Position numbers and translations under genes: made by a program
Origin: Promethearchaeia archaeon
Lineage (GTDB): Archaea > Asgardarchaeota > Lokiarchaeia > Sigyniarchaeales > SOKP01
Direction: 5' to 3'
Assembly (NCBI GenBank): GCA_029856045.1
Contig: JAHQWG010000047.1
Coordinates: 208,178-272,177, forward strand
DNA length: 64,000 nt
Notes under the pieces: model-generated
The model's input: only the letters and a program-made list of their open reading frames with translations
Databases searched by the model: none
Told to the model about the DNA's origin: nothing
Shown here: in pieces, positions 50,688 to 61,804 of the stretch
Layout: each line of letters starts with the position of its first letter
How positions within the stretch are numbered: the first letter of the stretch is position 1

Positions 50688-51740
50688 ATGTCAAATCCAC
50701 CAAAATCACCTATATTCCCGACCGGAAAAATTAAATCAAAAATTTTATCTCAACTTCTAAATAAATATTGTTCTAGTAAAATTGATGAGAGAGTGATTTT
50801 GGGCTCACAAATAGGTGAAGACGCGGCTGTTATTGATATGGGGGATAAATATTTAGTTGCTAAAACTGATCCTGTCACATTTCTTGAATATATACCGGAT
50901 ATTTATAATAATATCGGTTTTTGGGTTGTGAATGTTAATGTAAATGATGTTGTAAGTTGTGGTGCAATTCCGAAATGGTTTCAAACAACGATTTTATTGC
51001 CTGAGAAAGGCACAACGGAAGAATTAATCGAGAAAATTTTTAAGGAAATTCATGAGACTTGTAAAAATCTTGGTATTTCTGTCGTAGGAGGACATACGGA
51101 AATAACCGTTGGATTAGATAAACCAATGGCTATTGGTTGCTTAATGGGCGAAGTGGAGAAAGACAAATTGGTAAAAACTTCAGGAGCAAAAGTAGGTGAT
51201 GCAGTTATTCTTACAAAAGGGATTGTAATTGAAGGCACTTCGATAATCGCAACTGAAAAGGAAAGAGAGTTACTTGAAAGGGGATTGGACAAGCAATTTA
51301 TAGAAAGATGCAAGCAATATATTTATGATCCCGGAATAAGTGTATTGAAAGAGGCAATTTTAGCAAATCAAAATTTTAAAATACACGCGATGCACGATCC
51401 TACTGAAGGAGGATTGGCTTGTGGTCTTTTTGAGCTTGCATATAGTTCAGGTACGGGAGTTCTAATTGATTATAATTCAATAAAAATCTTACCCGAATCA
51501 GAGAAACTTTGTAACATTTATGGTTTGAATCCATTAGGTACAATATCATCAGGTTCTTTATTAATCACACTTGACGAGAAAGATTCAACTAATTTAATTG
51601 ATTTATTAATTGAGAATGGAATTTATGCTGTAAAGATAGGTAAAATTGTAGAAAAAAAGGAAGGATTAAAAATTATAAAGGATGGAATTAAAAATAAACT
51701 GGTTTATAGTGAAAAAGATGAAATTACTAAAATTTTTTAG
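50688..51740 (+). CDS. AIR synthase-related (HypE/PurM-like) protein
   Basis: GEDAAV, KTDP, NVND, GGHTE, MHDPTEGG, SSGSLL. Confidence 0.85.
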   Translation: MSNPPKSPIFPTGKIKSKILSQLLNKYCSSKIDERVILGSQIGEDAAVIDMGDKYLVAKTDPVTFLEYIPDIYNNIGFWVVNVNVNDVVSCGAIPKWFQTTILLPEKGTTEELIEKIFKEIHETCKNLGISVVGGHTEITVGLDKPMAIGCLMGEVEKDKLVKTSGAKVGDAVILTKGIVIEGTSIIATEKERELLERGLDKQFIERCKQYIYDPGISVLKEAILANQNFKIHAMHDPTEGGLACGLFELAYSSGTGVLIDYNSIKILPESEKLCNIYGLNPLGTISSGSLLITLDEKDSTNLIDLLIENGIYAVKIGKIVEKKEGLKIIKDGIKNKLVYSEKDEITKIF

Positions 51741-51764
51741 GTTTTATAATATTTTCTACATGTA

Positions 51765-52637
51765 ATGAAATTTCAACCCGATTGTACGGCATGTTTGTTT
51801 GAACAATTAAAAAATGGATTAATTTCTTGTAAATCAGGTATTACCACTGAAGAAATCTTACATCATCAAAGAGAATTAATGAAAAGATTAATAGATTTAC
51901 CATTTACACAGTTTAGGCATCCTATTGTTGGTAAAGTTGTTTATGGATTGATCAATGAGATCTTAAATGATCCTGATCCCTTTAAGAAAGCAAAAATTAA
52001 ATTCCAAAATACCGGAAAAAAATTATATCCAAAATTAAAAGAAATGGTAAAAGATTCAAATAATCCTTTGTTAAAAGCGTGTATTTTTTCAATAATGGGT
52101 AATGCTATTGATCTGGGAGCTCCAACTGTGATAGATATAGAAAATGATATAGTACAAATTACTGAGGAAGATTTATTGATAAATGATTTTATTGAATTTG
52201 AGAAAGATCTAAATGAGGCTGAAACAATTTTAATTGTTGGAGATAATACAGGTGAAATTTTTTTTGATAAAGTCTTATTAGAAGAGATTTTGAAAATATA
52301 TCCAAATAAAAAAATTTTTTTCTCTGTTCGAACTGCGCCAATAATTAATGATGCAATGATGGAAGATGCAATTTTTACAGGACTTGATAAAATTTGTAGT
52401 GTTATAGAGAGTGCACCATACCCAGGGATGATTTTAGAAGAATCCACCCCAGAATTTATTGATAGATTTAACACAAGTGATTTGATTATTATGAAAGGGC
52501 AAGGAAATTTTGAAACAAGTGATGATCTTAAACCTAAAGGGCTAATATATTTTTTTCTTAAGGTTAAATGCCCTACAATACAAAAAGTTTTAAATCTTCC
52601 CATTGGGGGTCTAGTTTTAAAAAAAAAAAGAAATTAG
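51765..52637 (+). CDS. DUF89/ARMT1-like damage-control phosphatase
   Basis: PDCTAC, GNAID, DNTGE..FD, IIND, KGQGNFE, KVKC. Confidence 0.9.
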   Translation: MKFQPDCTACLFEQLKNGLISCKSGITTEEILHHQRELMKRLIDLPFTQFRHPIVGKVVYGLINEILNDPDPFKKAKIKFQNTGKKLYPKLKEMVKDSNNPLLKACIFSIMGNAIDLGAPTVIDIENDIVQITEEDLLINDFIEFEKDLNEAETILIVGDNTGEIFFDKVLLEEILKIYPNKKIFFSVRTAPIINDAMMEDAIFTGLDKICSVIESAPYPGMILEESTPEFIDRFNTSDLIIMKGQGNFETSDDLKPKGLIYFFLKVKCPTIQKVLNLPIGGLVLKKKRN

Positions 52638-52704
52638 ATTTATTTCTATAAAAATTTAATTTATATTAAATTATAAATTATGAATAGAAAGGAGATCAGT
52701 AAAG

Positions 52705-53445
52705 ATGAGTGAAAATTTTAATTTAAAACAAGAAAAAGGTAAAAATACTAAAGTAATATTATTCGATCTTGACGGTACGTTGTTGGATAGTGATATAGAT
52801 AAATTTTTATCACATTATTTCAAAATATTGACCGCTTCATTAACTCACATCCAGCCACCTGATAAGATCTTTAAACATATAATGATGGCAGGAAATGCCA
52901 TAGTAGATAACGACGGCAGTGCCTTTAATGAGGAAGTTTTCTGGTCTACCTTTTCTCATTTATTAGGTTATCCTCGAGAAGAATTAGAACCGATTTTTTG
53001 GGAATTTTATGAAAACAAGTATCCTATCTTACGTCAATATACAAGCCAAAAACCCGGTGCACGCCAAGTAGTTCAGCAGGCTTTTGACTTGGGTTATGAG
53101 TTAGTTATTGCAACTACTCCTGTTTTTCCTTCTACAGCCATCGAGCAAAGGTTAAAGTGGGCAGATGTAGCTGACTTTCCATATATGTTAATTACTAGTT
53201 ATGAAAACAGTCGCGGATGCAAACCGAATCTGATTTATTATAAACAAATTCTTGAAAGTATTGGATATGATGCTGAAGCGTGTCTTATGGTTGGTGATGA
53301 GGATAGAGACATGGTTGCTGCTCATCTTGGCTATAGTACTTTCCTTGTAACTAGTCCTAAAACAAAATTAGGTCCTAATACTCCAGAACCGACTTATAGC
53401 GGGACGTTAGAAGATCTGGGAAAATTGCTTCAAATCTGGAAGTAA
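52705..53445 (+). CDS. HAD-superfamily hydrolase
   Basis: FDLDGTLL, ATTP, KP, MVGD. Confidence 0.88.
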   Translation: MSENFNLKQEKGKNTKVILFDLDGTLLDSDIDKFLSHYFKILTASLTHIQPPDKIFKHIMMAGNAIVDNDGSAFNEEVFWSTFSHLLGYPREELEPIFWEFYENKYPILRQYTSQKPGARQVVQQAFDLGYELVIATTPVFPSTAIEQRLKWADVADFPYMLITSYENSRGCKPNLIYYKQILESIGYDAEACLMVGDEDRDMVAAHLGYSTFLVTSPKTKLGPNTPEPTYSGTLEDLGKLLQIWK

Positions 53446-53495
53446 ATTATTTGTTATTTGTATAATATAGATTTTATTGGATTGAATTTAATTTT

Positions 53496-54917
53496 ATGAC
53501 CGAAAAAGTAGTAAATAACACATTTATTTCATTAGGAAAAACATTTTGGCCTTTATATTTATTGGGAGGTTTTCAAAGTTTAGCTTACGGCGGAATAATT
53601 GTTCTTATTGTGCCATTATCTTCATTATTTTGGTCAGGTGAACCTTACCATGCTCTTGAAATGGGTATTTTAATCACTTCAATGGTTTGGATGTCAGCAA
53701 TATCGGGTATTATAATTGGAATATTAATTGATAAATATTCTCGAAAATATATTATGTTTATTATCTCTATTTTTAGGGGTTTTAGTATGATAATGCTTGG
53801 TTTTGCAATTGAAGGAAAAGGTTTAGAAACTTGGACTTATTTCTTGATTTTCACTGGAATTTTTGCTTTTTTTGCGGGAGGCAGTTGGCCAGCAATAATT
53901 TCTCTCTCAAACGATATTGTTCCACATCCTCAACGTTCGCAATTCTTTGGGTTATTAGGAATAATGATGAGCCTCTTTACTCAGTTTGGTTTCTTAGTTG
54001 CGTCATTTTTAGTTCAATATGAATTTTGGAGATCCTTCTTTTGGGGTGTTGGAGTATCAATCCTTGTTGCAGGTATTATTTTTTTATTTCAAATCGAAGA
54101 ACCTAAGAGAGGAGCTCAACAACAAGAACTCAATGAAATTCTTAATGATGATTCTATTAAATATGATTTCCATATTGATAAAAAAATAATGAAAAAAACG
54201 ATGTTAAGTAGAACTAATGTAGTTGCACTTATTGAAGGTATATCAACAAATTTATTTCTTGGAAGCTTGGATCTCTTGATTTTACCTTATATTCAAACTC
54301 CACCTCATAATATTTCTCCTATTTTTACAGGTCTTTTTTTGGTAATTTTTGGCTTAACAGGAGGATTAATAGGACAACTATTTCTTGCGAAATTATCAGA
54401 TAAGTTGGCGATGAAAAAACCAATTAGAAGAATATACTTCGTTATTTTTTCGTTATCTCTTGGAATAACTACTTTTTCCTATCTATTTTTTCTAGATTTA
54501 CCTCATTTAACTGTAGAACAAGGTAAAGATATTCCTTATATATTATCTTTACCAATTATGTGGATAATGGGACTATTATTTTTTACTTCTAATTCAATTT
54601 CTTCTTTATATCTCGTTAATCAAGCTCCAGTTTTACAAGAGATCAATTTGCCAGAAGCTCAAGGAAAAATTGCATCATGGAACCAATTACTGGAATCTAT
54701 TGGTTACGGTGCAGGACCTTTACTCGTTGGAATATTATTATCGATTTCTGGACAGAATTATCAATTAGTTATATTGATAATTATTATATTTGTGATTCCC
54801 GGAATTGTATTATGGTTTTTATCCTTGAAATGGTATCCTAAGGATCGGGATATAATAAAAAGTTTGCTTAAAGAAAGAGCTGAAATTTTGAAATCTCAAA
54901 AAAATTTAAAAAATTAG
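53496..54917 (+). CDS. MFS transporter
   Basis: About 12 TM; G.LIDKYSRK motif A; EPKRGA. Confidence 0.85.
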   Translation: MTEKVVNNTFISLGKTFWPLYLLGGFQSLAYGGIIVLIVPLSSLFWSGEPYHALEMGILITSMVWMSAISGIIIGILIDKYSRKYIMFIISIFRGFSMIMLGFAIEGKGLETWTYFLIFTGIFAFFAGGSWPAIISLSNDIVPHPQRSQFFGLLGIMMSLFTQFGFLVASFLVQYEFWRSFFWGVGVSILVAGIIFLFQIEEPKRGAQQQELNEILNDDSIKYDFHIDKKIMKKTMLSRTNVVALIEGISTNLFLGSLDLLILPYIQTPPHNISPIFTGLFLVIFGLTGGLIGQLFLAKLSDKLAMKKPIRRIYFVIFSLSLGITTFSYLFFLDLPHLTVEQGKDIPYILSLPIMWIMGLLFFTSNSISSLYLVNQAPVLQEINLPEAQGKIASWNQLLESIGYGAGPLLVGILLSISGQNYQLVILIIIIFVIPGIVLWFLSLKWYPKDRDIIKSLLKERAEILKSQKNLKN

Positions 54918-54940
54918 TAGAATAAAAATTTGTAAATCTC

Positions 54941-55480
54941 TTATTTATATAAGCTATTTCCTGAGATGTCTTGTGCTACAATCAAAGGACCAAATTGCTC
55001 TACCCTTAAAAACCATACAGCTTCGCTGGAACCTAAATCAAGCCATTCAACATGAATAACTTCTTTAATCATCCTTGAGGCAACCGCCCCACAACCGCCA
55101 GGATAACTTAAATAAATTACTTTTAGATTTTTTTCATCTAAATTTTTCATTCCGCCTTTACCTATAAGAATATGAATATCTAAAAATTTTATGACTTCAT
55201 TTTCAACGGAATTCATACGCGCACTAGTAGTAGGACCTGCAGAGATTATTTTATATTTTTCATTGATTTTTTTTATGATTGGCCCACAATGATATAATGC
55301 AGTATTTTTTACTCTATTAAATGAGTGGGGTAAAGGTTTCTTTTTATTAATATGGTCAATTATTCTTTTATGAGCTAAATCTCTTGCCGTTATGATGGAA
55401 CCATTTAAAAAAACTATATCACCAATTTTTAATGGCAGAAGATCCTCTACTTTAGTAGGTAAATTAATATTATGCCTCAT
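54941..55480 (-). CDS. Fe-S hydro-lyase (fumarate hydratase/tartrate dehydratase) beta subunit
   Basis: TARDLAH, HCGP, GPTTSARM, IGKGG. Confidence 0.92.
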   Translation of the reverse strand: MRHNINLPTKVEDLLPLKIGDIVFLNGSIITARDLAHKRIIDHINKKKPLPHSFNRVKNTALYHCGPIIKKINEKYKIISAGPTTSARMNSVENEVIKFLDIHILIGKGGMKNLDEKNLKVIYLSYPGGCGAVASRMIKEVIHVEWLDLGSSEAVWFLRVEQFGPLIVAQDISGNSLYK

Positions 55481-56354
55481 AAATTAATTCACCCTCCTTG
55501 TTAATTTTAAAAGATGCAATTCGATGGCAATAGCACTGTACGATTACACCTACCGGAAATGATGCGGGATGTCTCATTGAAAGTTCTATATGTACATCTA
55601 TACAAGTGATTTTTCCACCTAATCCCATTATACCAATATTAAGCTCATTTAGGGAATTTATAATTTTTAATTCTAATTCTGCTACATCTTGACGCTCATG
55701 TCTTACTCCAATAGGTCGTAATAATGCTTTTTTTGCTAATATCATCGAATTACTAGCATCACCACCTAATCCAACACCTAAAATAATTGGAGGACAAGGT
55801 TTTCCTCCAGCCTTCTGAATTAACTCTTTAATCATTAAAGGAAATCTTTCTAATCCATTTATAGGATCTAACATAAATAATTTTGAGATATTTTCAGCAC
55901 CTCCCCCTTTAGGTAAAATAATTATTTCTAAATCATTGGAATTTTCTATAATTTCTATAAAAATCGGTGGTGAATTTGCACCAATATTGGTTCCAGTGTT
56001 TTTATTGGTTATTGGATCTACAGAATTACTCCTTAAAGGTATATCTGTTGTTACTTCTTGAACAACTTTATCAATGATATTTCTAAAACTAGAGATAATT
56101 GGAAATTGATTTCCTAATTTAATATAAAAATTTAAGATACCAGTATCTTGGCATAGGGGAATCCCCCTGCTTCCGCATTGAAAATTTTCTAAAATTAATT
56201 GGAGTTGAGTTTGGTTTATTTCATTATCTTCCTCTTCATATAAAATCTTAAAAAAATCAAGAATATCCTCTGGAATAGTTGTAACCGCTTGTTTTATTGA
56301 TTTTTTAAGTAAATCTATTATTTTTTTTTCCAAAATTTCGATTTTACTTTCCAT
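55470..56354 (-). CDS. Fe-S hydro-lyase (fumarate hydratase/tartrate dehydratase) alpha subunit
   Basis: PLCQDTG, KGGGAEN, PCPP, GIMGLGG, HPAS, QCYCHR; overlaps the beta start. Confidence 0.92.
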   Translation of the reverse strand: MESKIEILEKKIIDLLKKSIKQAVTTIPEDILDFFKILYEEEDNEINQTQLQLILENFQCGSRGIPLCQDTGILNFYIKLGNQFPIISSFRNIIDKVVQEVTTDIPLRSNSVDPITNKNTGTNIGANSPPIFIEIIENSNDLEIIILPKGGGAENISKLFMLDPINGLERFPLMIKELIQKAGGKPCPPIILGVGLGGDASNSMILAKKALLRPIGVRHERQDVAELELKIINSLNELNIGIMGLGGKITCIDVHIELSMRHPASFPVGVIVQCYCHRIASFKINKEGELIYEA

Positions 56355-56449
56355 AGGTATACATTAATAGGAAAAAATATAATACTAGTTAAATCAAAAT
56401 TTTAATTAAGACGAAGCAATATAAATTATTGAGAGATCGGGAGTTTATT

Positions 56450-58351
56450 TTGACTGAAAACAAGGAACATCTATTATTACGAGCTGGCTCACAACTTAAA
56501 GATAATGTATTTAATTTAAGAGAGATTAATAGAATTATCCTAAATGAATTAAAAAGCGATACAAAGATATATAATTCATTTATATCGGATATTTCGGACA
56601 AGTGGAAAGAATTTAGAAAAAATAATGAACAAAGAAAAATAAAATATCGCTATACAACTTTTTTTCATAGAAATTTTGATTACTTTTTTAGGCAATCTAT
56701 AGATAATCTCTTTGGATTGAATTCAAAAAACCTGAAATTAATGTTAAAAGAGAACGTTACAGATAATGATTTATATTTTGAATATAAATATTTTTTTTCG
56801 GAAGATGAGATGAATTTAATTGCCGAATTTAAAGAACGCGTTTCTCATCCATTAGATTACGACAGAATAATTCCTTTTATATTTGAGGTTCTTATTACGA
56901 TTTTAGGGATGATTATTAGAAAAACAATAAATAAAAAAATTTGGATCTCTCAGAACGGTGCCCGGCTGAAAAAAAAAGGTAAAAAATCTTACCTTCATCT
57001 CTTAATTACAAGTAGACGCAGTCCTGATGAAATTATGGATGGATATCTTGCCTTTATCCTGTATAATTTTGCGATAAGACATCCAGAGATTCCTGATTCA
57101 TATAAAAAAACACTAATGGAGAGGAAAAATCTTTTAACTAAGATTGCTCTAAAAAATTATCCTTTAGCAAAATATCAATTAGTAGATATAATTTTTACTT
57201 TTTTTAAGAAGTGTAAATTGCTTGAAAATGTCTCACCTTTCTTAGATTTCCTCAATTTTGTTTGCTCGCGTGTTGAAGATAGCGTCTTTGATACAATTGA
57301 AATAATTAAAGAGGATTTTCTTTCAAATTTAGATTATCCACCTGAAGTAAATGAATCATTAATAAGGATTTTTAATTTTATCAATAAATATTCTACATTA
57401 TTTAGCACCTTTCAAGCGAATAACAGGCCTTCATTTCGAAATCAATATGAACTTTTCCTTTTATATTTGCAATTTTATTTTGGACGAACTTTAGAATCGC
57501 TTGAGATAAGCGACCTATTATTTTTTCCAAAAAAATTTGGAGATCTTATAAAAGAGCATAATTTATCTGAAAAAGAAAAAATCTCATTTAAAACTATTAG
57601 ATCTATTGGATATTTTTCCAATATAGCATTATCCTTGTCACATTTACCTATAATTGAAGATTTCTTTTTTAAATTGCTAAATGAGAAAAAAATTCAGAAT
57701 ATAAATGAAATATTTTTCATGACGTTTCTTAAAAGCTTAAATGAGAAATTTCTTGATATGATTGAGGAGGAAAATGAAAAGTTAAAAAAATTTAAACGTA
57801 AAATCAGTTTCGAAAAAGCCATTGATTTTATTTGCAGAAGTTTATATAGTTTAATTAATAGAGTGTTTTTAAGAGAAAATGTGGAGGAGGCGTCAAAAAA
57901 CTTTGTTGATCCAAGATCCAGATACATTCCCGAAAATGTAGCCACCAGAGTCTTAGAATTATCAATTTTCAAGGATTTAAATCTCTCAGATGATATCTGG
58001 CCTGACTATTTTTTGAGTGTAAATAAAGATAAGATTAAACATCTATTTAAAGAATACTTTGAAATTCCTGAAGATGTTTTCTATTCAGACTGGAGTTTAT
58101 CTATGATTGACATGATATACAATCAAGAATTATTCTATATGGAAAAATATTTAGAAGAATTTCTAATACAAGATGTAGTTATTCCTTTAAATAAATTTTT
58201 CTTACAATTTGAGAAAAAAAAAGAGAGTATTAAGAATAAAGATGATTTATTAAACGATTTAACTAAAATTATTACTAAAGAAAAACGCAAAGAAGAAAAT
58301 ATTAAGAAAATATTTTCTAATATAATTGAACTATGGGACTTATCTTTTTAG
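56450..58351 (+). CDS. Hypothetical helical protein (about 630 aa)
   Basis: Long ORF, no recognisable motif; TTG 56450 preferred because of GGGAG SD. Confidence 0.7.
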   Translation: MTENKEHLLLRAGSQLKDNVFNLREINRIILNELKSDTKIYNSFISDISDKWKEFRKNNEQRKIKYRYTTFFHRNFDYFFRQSIDNLFGLNSKNLKLMLKENVTDNDLYFEYKYFFSEDEMNLIAEFKERVSHPLDYDRIIPFIFEVLITILGMIIRKTINKKIWISQNGARLKKKGKKSYLHLLITSRRSPDEIMDGYLAFILYNFAIRHPEIPDSYKKTLMERKNLLTKIALKNYPLAKYQLVDIIFTFFKKCKLLENVSPFLDFLNFVCSRVEDSVFDTIEIIKEDFLSNLDYPPEVNESLIRIFNFINKYSTLFSTFQANNRPSFRNQYELFLLYLQFYFGRTLESLEISDLLFFPKKFGDLIKEHNLSEKEKISFKTIRSIGYFSNIALSLSHLPIIEDFFFKLLNEKKIQNINEIFFMTFLKSLNEKFLDMIEEENEKLKKFKRKISFEKAIDFICRSLYSLINRVFLRENVEEASKNFVDPRSRYIPENVATRVLELSIFKDLNLSDDIWPDYFLSVNKDKIKHLFKEYFEIPEDVFYSDWSLSMIDMIYNQELFYMEKYLEEFLIQDVVIPLNKFFLQFEKKKESIKNKDDLLNDLTKIITKEKRKEENIKKIFSNIIELWDLSF

Positions 58352-59172
58352 AAGATTTTTTTTATTTTTTCTAATAAATTTTTAATTTTTTCATTTAAAA
58401 TTTCTTCTTTATATTCAATATGCCTTCTTTTTGCAACAATCTTTAAATGAGAATATAAACACTTGACTATTTCATTGTTTGAGATGAAAAATTTTGTGTT
58501 TATCTTCTTATATCTTAATAAGAAATCTAAAATTATATTTAATTTAAATTCCAATAACTCATCTTGAAATATATCTCCAGGACTTGTTGTAATGATCGAA
58601 ACAATTATTTCAGTTATGTCATTTTCAGGAATTCCTTCATGAACATTCTCGAAATCGATACCATATATATTTTTTTCATGGTAAATAAAATTTTTTAATC
58701 TTAAATCTCCCTTATTTCTGACAAAGATTTGACTTTCTTTCTCAGAGGTAATATTTATTTCATGATATTTATATAACCATTCTGCTAATTTTTCCAATAT
58801 TTCTTTTTTTAAGATATAAATACTATTTTCTGTAGAGTTATCCAAGTCATCATTAAGGAGATCACATAAGTTAAGTCCATCAATTTTTTCCATTAGAATG
58901 TAAGGTTTTTTAAACGCAAAAATTTTTGGAACCAAAATACCTTTCTGATAATTTGAGATTAAATTCTCATATTCTGTAGTGAAACTTTTTTTAGAAATTT
59001 TTTTAATTATAATTTCTTCTGGTAAGGTTTGTGGATTTTTTATACTTATTAAAAAAATTAAATTTTTTCGTGTCTTTAAAAATTTTATAGTAGTAATTTC
59101 GATTTCTGGTATAATTTCTTTCAGATCTCTAATAATTTCTTTTTTAAGATTTGATTCTTTTACATATTCCAA
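58348..59172 (-). CDS. Atypical protein-kinase-like (RIO/Bud32/APH fold) protein
   Basis: IIIK, GILVPKI, LMEKIDG, KGDLRLKNF, GIDFE. Confidence 0.75.
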   Translation of the reverse strand: MEYVKESNLKKEIIRDLKEIIPEIEITTIKFLKTRKNLIFLISIKNPQTLPEEIIIKKISKKSFTTEYENLISNYQKGILVPKIFAFKKPYILMEKIDGLNLCDLLNDDLDNSTENSIYILKKEILEKLAEWLYKYHEINITSEKESQIFVRNKGDLRLKNFIYHEKNIYGIDFENVHEGIPENDITEIIVSIITTSPGDIFQDELLEFKLNIILDFLLRYKKINTKFFISNNEIVKCLYSHLKIVAKRRHIEYKEEILNEKIKNLLEKIKKIF

Positions 59173-59185
59173 TTTTTTACAACGC

Positions 59186-59710
59186 CTAAAAAAATTTAGG
59201 ATATAAGGTTTTTAAAATAAATTCAGGTTTTTCTAATGCATTTATTATAGGAATTCCTTTATAACTTTCATTATTTTTATGTTTCTTAGTTGCAATTAAT
59301 CCTGAAATTACTTTTATTGTATTATCAATCTGTTCATCTACTTCATTAAAATCCTTAGCACATAAAATCTTGTCATATTGGAAATCCCTAAATCCTTCAG
59401 TAATTATTATATCCGGCTTTATTGGTGCCTTTTCTATCCAATCAAATATTTCCTCAGTATTTATAACTTGATTTAAGAAAAAAGTCGTTTGATTATTAGA
59501 TTTTGTAATTACACAATTCGCTCCTGCTTTAGAAAATTGAAAAGAATCTTTTCCTTTAAGATCAAGGGAGTGAATGTGAATATTTTTTAAAACAAATATT
59601 TTATAATCAGTATTTTTGGTTAAATAGTTTATAACCGATAAAATTGAGTTGGTTTTTCCGGATCCCGAAAATCCAATAAAACTGATTACTTTAAAATTTC
59701 TTTTTAACAT
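59186..59710 (-). CDS. mobB: Molybdopterin-guanine dinucleotide biosynthesis protein B
   Basis: GFSGSGKT P-loop, KNIH...DLKGKDS...AGA, ITEGF. Confidence 0.85.
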   Translation of the reverse strand: MLKRNFKVISFIGFSGSGKTNSILSVINYLTKNTDYKIFVLKNIHIHSLDLKGKDSFQFSKAGANCVITKSNNQTTFFLNQVINTEEIFDWIEKAPIKPDIIITEGFRDFQYDKILCAKDFNEVDEQIDNTIKVISGLIATKKHKNNESYKGIPIINALEKPEFILKTLYPKFF

Positions 59711-59751
59711 TTCAATAAATATAATATTTTATATATTAATATTATATTTTA

Positions 59752-61716
59752 ATGGCAAAACAAAATATAATCTTCGATGCTAACTTTTTCATTTGCATGA
59801 ATGAAATTCGGGCACATGATATACTCAATAATTTAAAGACCTCTGGAAAGCTTCTTGGTTTTAATTATTACATTAGTGAACAAGTGTTCTCTGAAATAAA
59901 AGGTGTCAGTGCAAGTTTTCGAGAGAAATTTCAGAATTTTATAAATGTAGAACTAATCTCTGAGGCGAATATTAAACTAATAAAAGACGCTTTAAAAAGG
60001 CGTAAAATTAGGTTTCCTGCTCAAGATCCAGATTTATCATTAATTGCTCTAGCAGATATTTTATTAGAAATTGATAATTCGGCGAAAATAACAATTGTGA
60101 GCGATGATTTCAAGTTAGTACGGCAAATTAACATTTTATATAAAAATAAAATCAACGTTCTATCGTTATCAGGATTTTTACTGCAAATCCAAAGAACAGT
60201 TTCAAACCCATCATTAAAAATGTATTTTAAAAATATTTGGCGAAAAAGCCTTAATTATACGTTATCCTATATGCTAGAACGCTCAAAAGCATATCCCGCT
60301 GAAGAAAAAATCACTTGGCTCATAGAGAGAGCAGTGTCCGTAACGGAAAATTCTATTATAACAAAAGATTCGATTTCAGAAAATCAAGGGATTTCTCTAA
60401 TGCCTATGGATGCTTCAATAAAGGAAGAATGCGAAATTTGTGAGAGATTTATTCAAGGGCATGATTTGCCAAGAAGTGAGGAAAAAAAAATTGAAGGGAT
60501 CTTAAATTTTTTAGAAAACTTGAGAATTGCTAGAAGTTATCTAATTTCCTCAAAAAACTCACTAATCGATGAAGATATAAAAGATTCTGTTAAAAATCTA
60601 AAAAAAGGTAGTTCATTCTTAACTTCTCTATTACAACTTGCCCATGGAAAGACTTCTGGAAGAAATTATGATATTATAAATCAATTAATATGCTCAGAAT
60701 TATCAAAAATAGAGTTTTTACGTGGATTTCTATTAATTAAAATAGGAAAAGTTAATTCTGCATTGGAAGCTTTTGATAGAACTGCTTTATTTTCAACAAT
60801 TGTCCATAATTGGAGAACTGGCTTAACAATAAATTATCTCAAGGCGCTTATTAGAATATTTCATGGTTTTTACTCTTCAGCTATCAAACAATATGATTTT
60901 ACAAGCCAGCTTGCTGAAGTTTATAATGAAAGAAAACTAATTTTGAAGTGTACTATTGGAAAAGCTCTTGCTTTATTCATGGGAACCCAAGAAAATAAAG
61001 ATCAAGCAATCTCAATAATTGAAGAACTCTCTAATTATGATACAGAAAAATATTTAGAAGAGGGAATGATTGTATTTAGTGAATTAGGAGATTATTTTTT
61101 AGCATTGGGGCACTCTCAAATTTCTGCTTCCCTTTATAATGAATCTCTAGAAATGGCAATCGATGGAAATTTTGAATATAAAATACCAACTCTCATAGAT
61201 AAACTTAAGCGTGCCTACATTGCTACCATTTTAAGTGGATATACTACAGAAACTATCAACGTGGATGTTTTATTTCAAAAAGCTTACAAATTGAAAAATG
61301 TAGATAAATATAATGAACAAATCAGACAATACCATGATTTTCATAAATTATATTATACTAAATTTCAATTCCTTACCGGAAAACGGGTTGTAGCATATCA
61401 AAATCTTAATAAAAAATTAAAAAATTACTTCGAAGTTATTAAAATACAGCCTTTAGCTAATGAAAAAACGTTATTCATTGCGCTTCATACTGAATTAGGA
61501 CTTTTAGGTTTTTTGATTTTTGGAGATTATGAACTTTCTGGCGTCGCGGAAAACTATTCATTGAAGTTAAATACAAATGCAAAAGTCCGGATTTACACTC
61601 CAAATATAGAATTAAAAGAAGAATATTTAATACGCGCAATTATTGAAATTAAGAATAAAGAATATATTGATGTAATTTACAATCTTCCGATCTTCTTTAA
61701 ACAGATGAATATTTAA
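59752..61716 (+). CDS. PIN-domain plus TPR-like protein
   Basis: N-terminal FDANFF...QVFSE...DPDLSL...VSDDF PIN acidic residues; helical repeats in the C-terminal half. Confidence 0.7.
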   Translation: MAKQNIIFDANFFICMNEIRAHDILNNLKTSGKLLGFNYYISEQVFSEIKGVSASFREKFQNFINVELISEANIKLIKDALKRRKIRFPAQDPDLSLIALADILLEIDNSAKITIVSDDFKLVRQINILYKNKINVLSLSGFLLQIQRTVSNPSLKMYFKNIWRKSLNYTLSYMLERSKAYPAEEKITWLIERAVSVTENSIITKDSISENQGISLMPMDASIKEECEICERFIQGHDLPRSEEKKIEGILNFLENLRIARSYLISSKNSLIDEDIKDSVKNLKKGSSFLTSLLQLAHGKTSGRNYDIINQLICSELSKIEFLRGFLLIKIGKVNSALEAFDRTALFSTIVHNWRTGLTINYLKALIRIFHGFYSSAIKQYDFTSQLAEVYNERKLILKCTIGKALALFMGTQENKDQAISIIEELSNYDTEKYLEEGMIVFSELGDYFLALGHSQISASLYNESLEMAIDGNFEYKIPTLIDKLKRAYIATILSGYTTETINVDVLFQKAYKLKNVDKYNEQIRQYHDFHKLYYTKFQFLTGKRVVAYQNLNKKLKNYFEVIKIQPLANEKTLFIALHTELGLLGFLIFGDYELSGVAENYSLKLNTNAKVRIYTPNIELKEEYLIRAIIEIKNKEYIDVIYNLPIFFKQMNI

Positions 61717-61804
61717 TTTTTTTTATCACTTATATTCGATTTATTTGAAGATTGAATTTGAAATCTTTAATAAAACAAATGGTGATTGACTTTAATCATT
61801 AATA

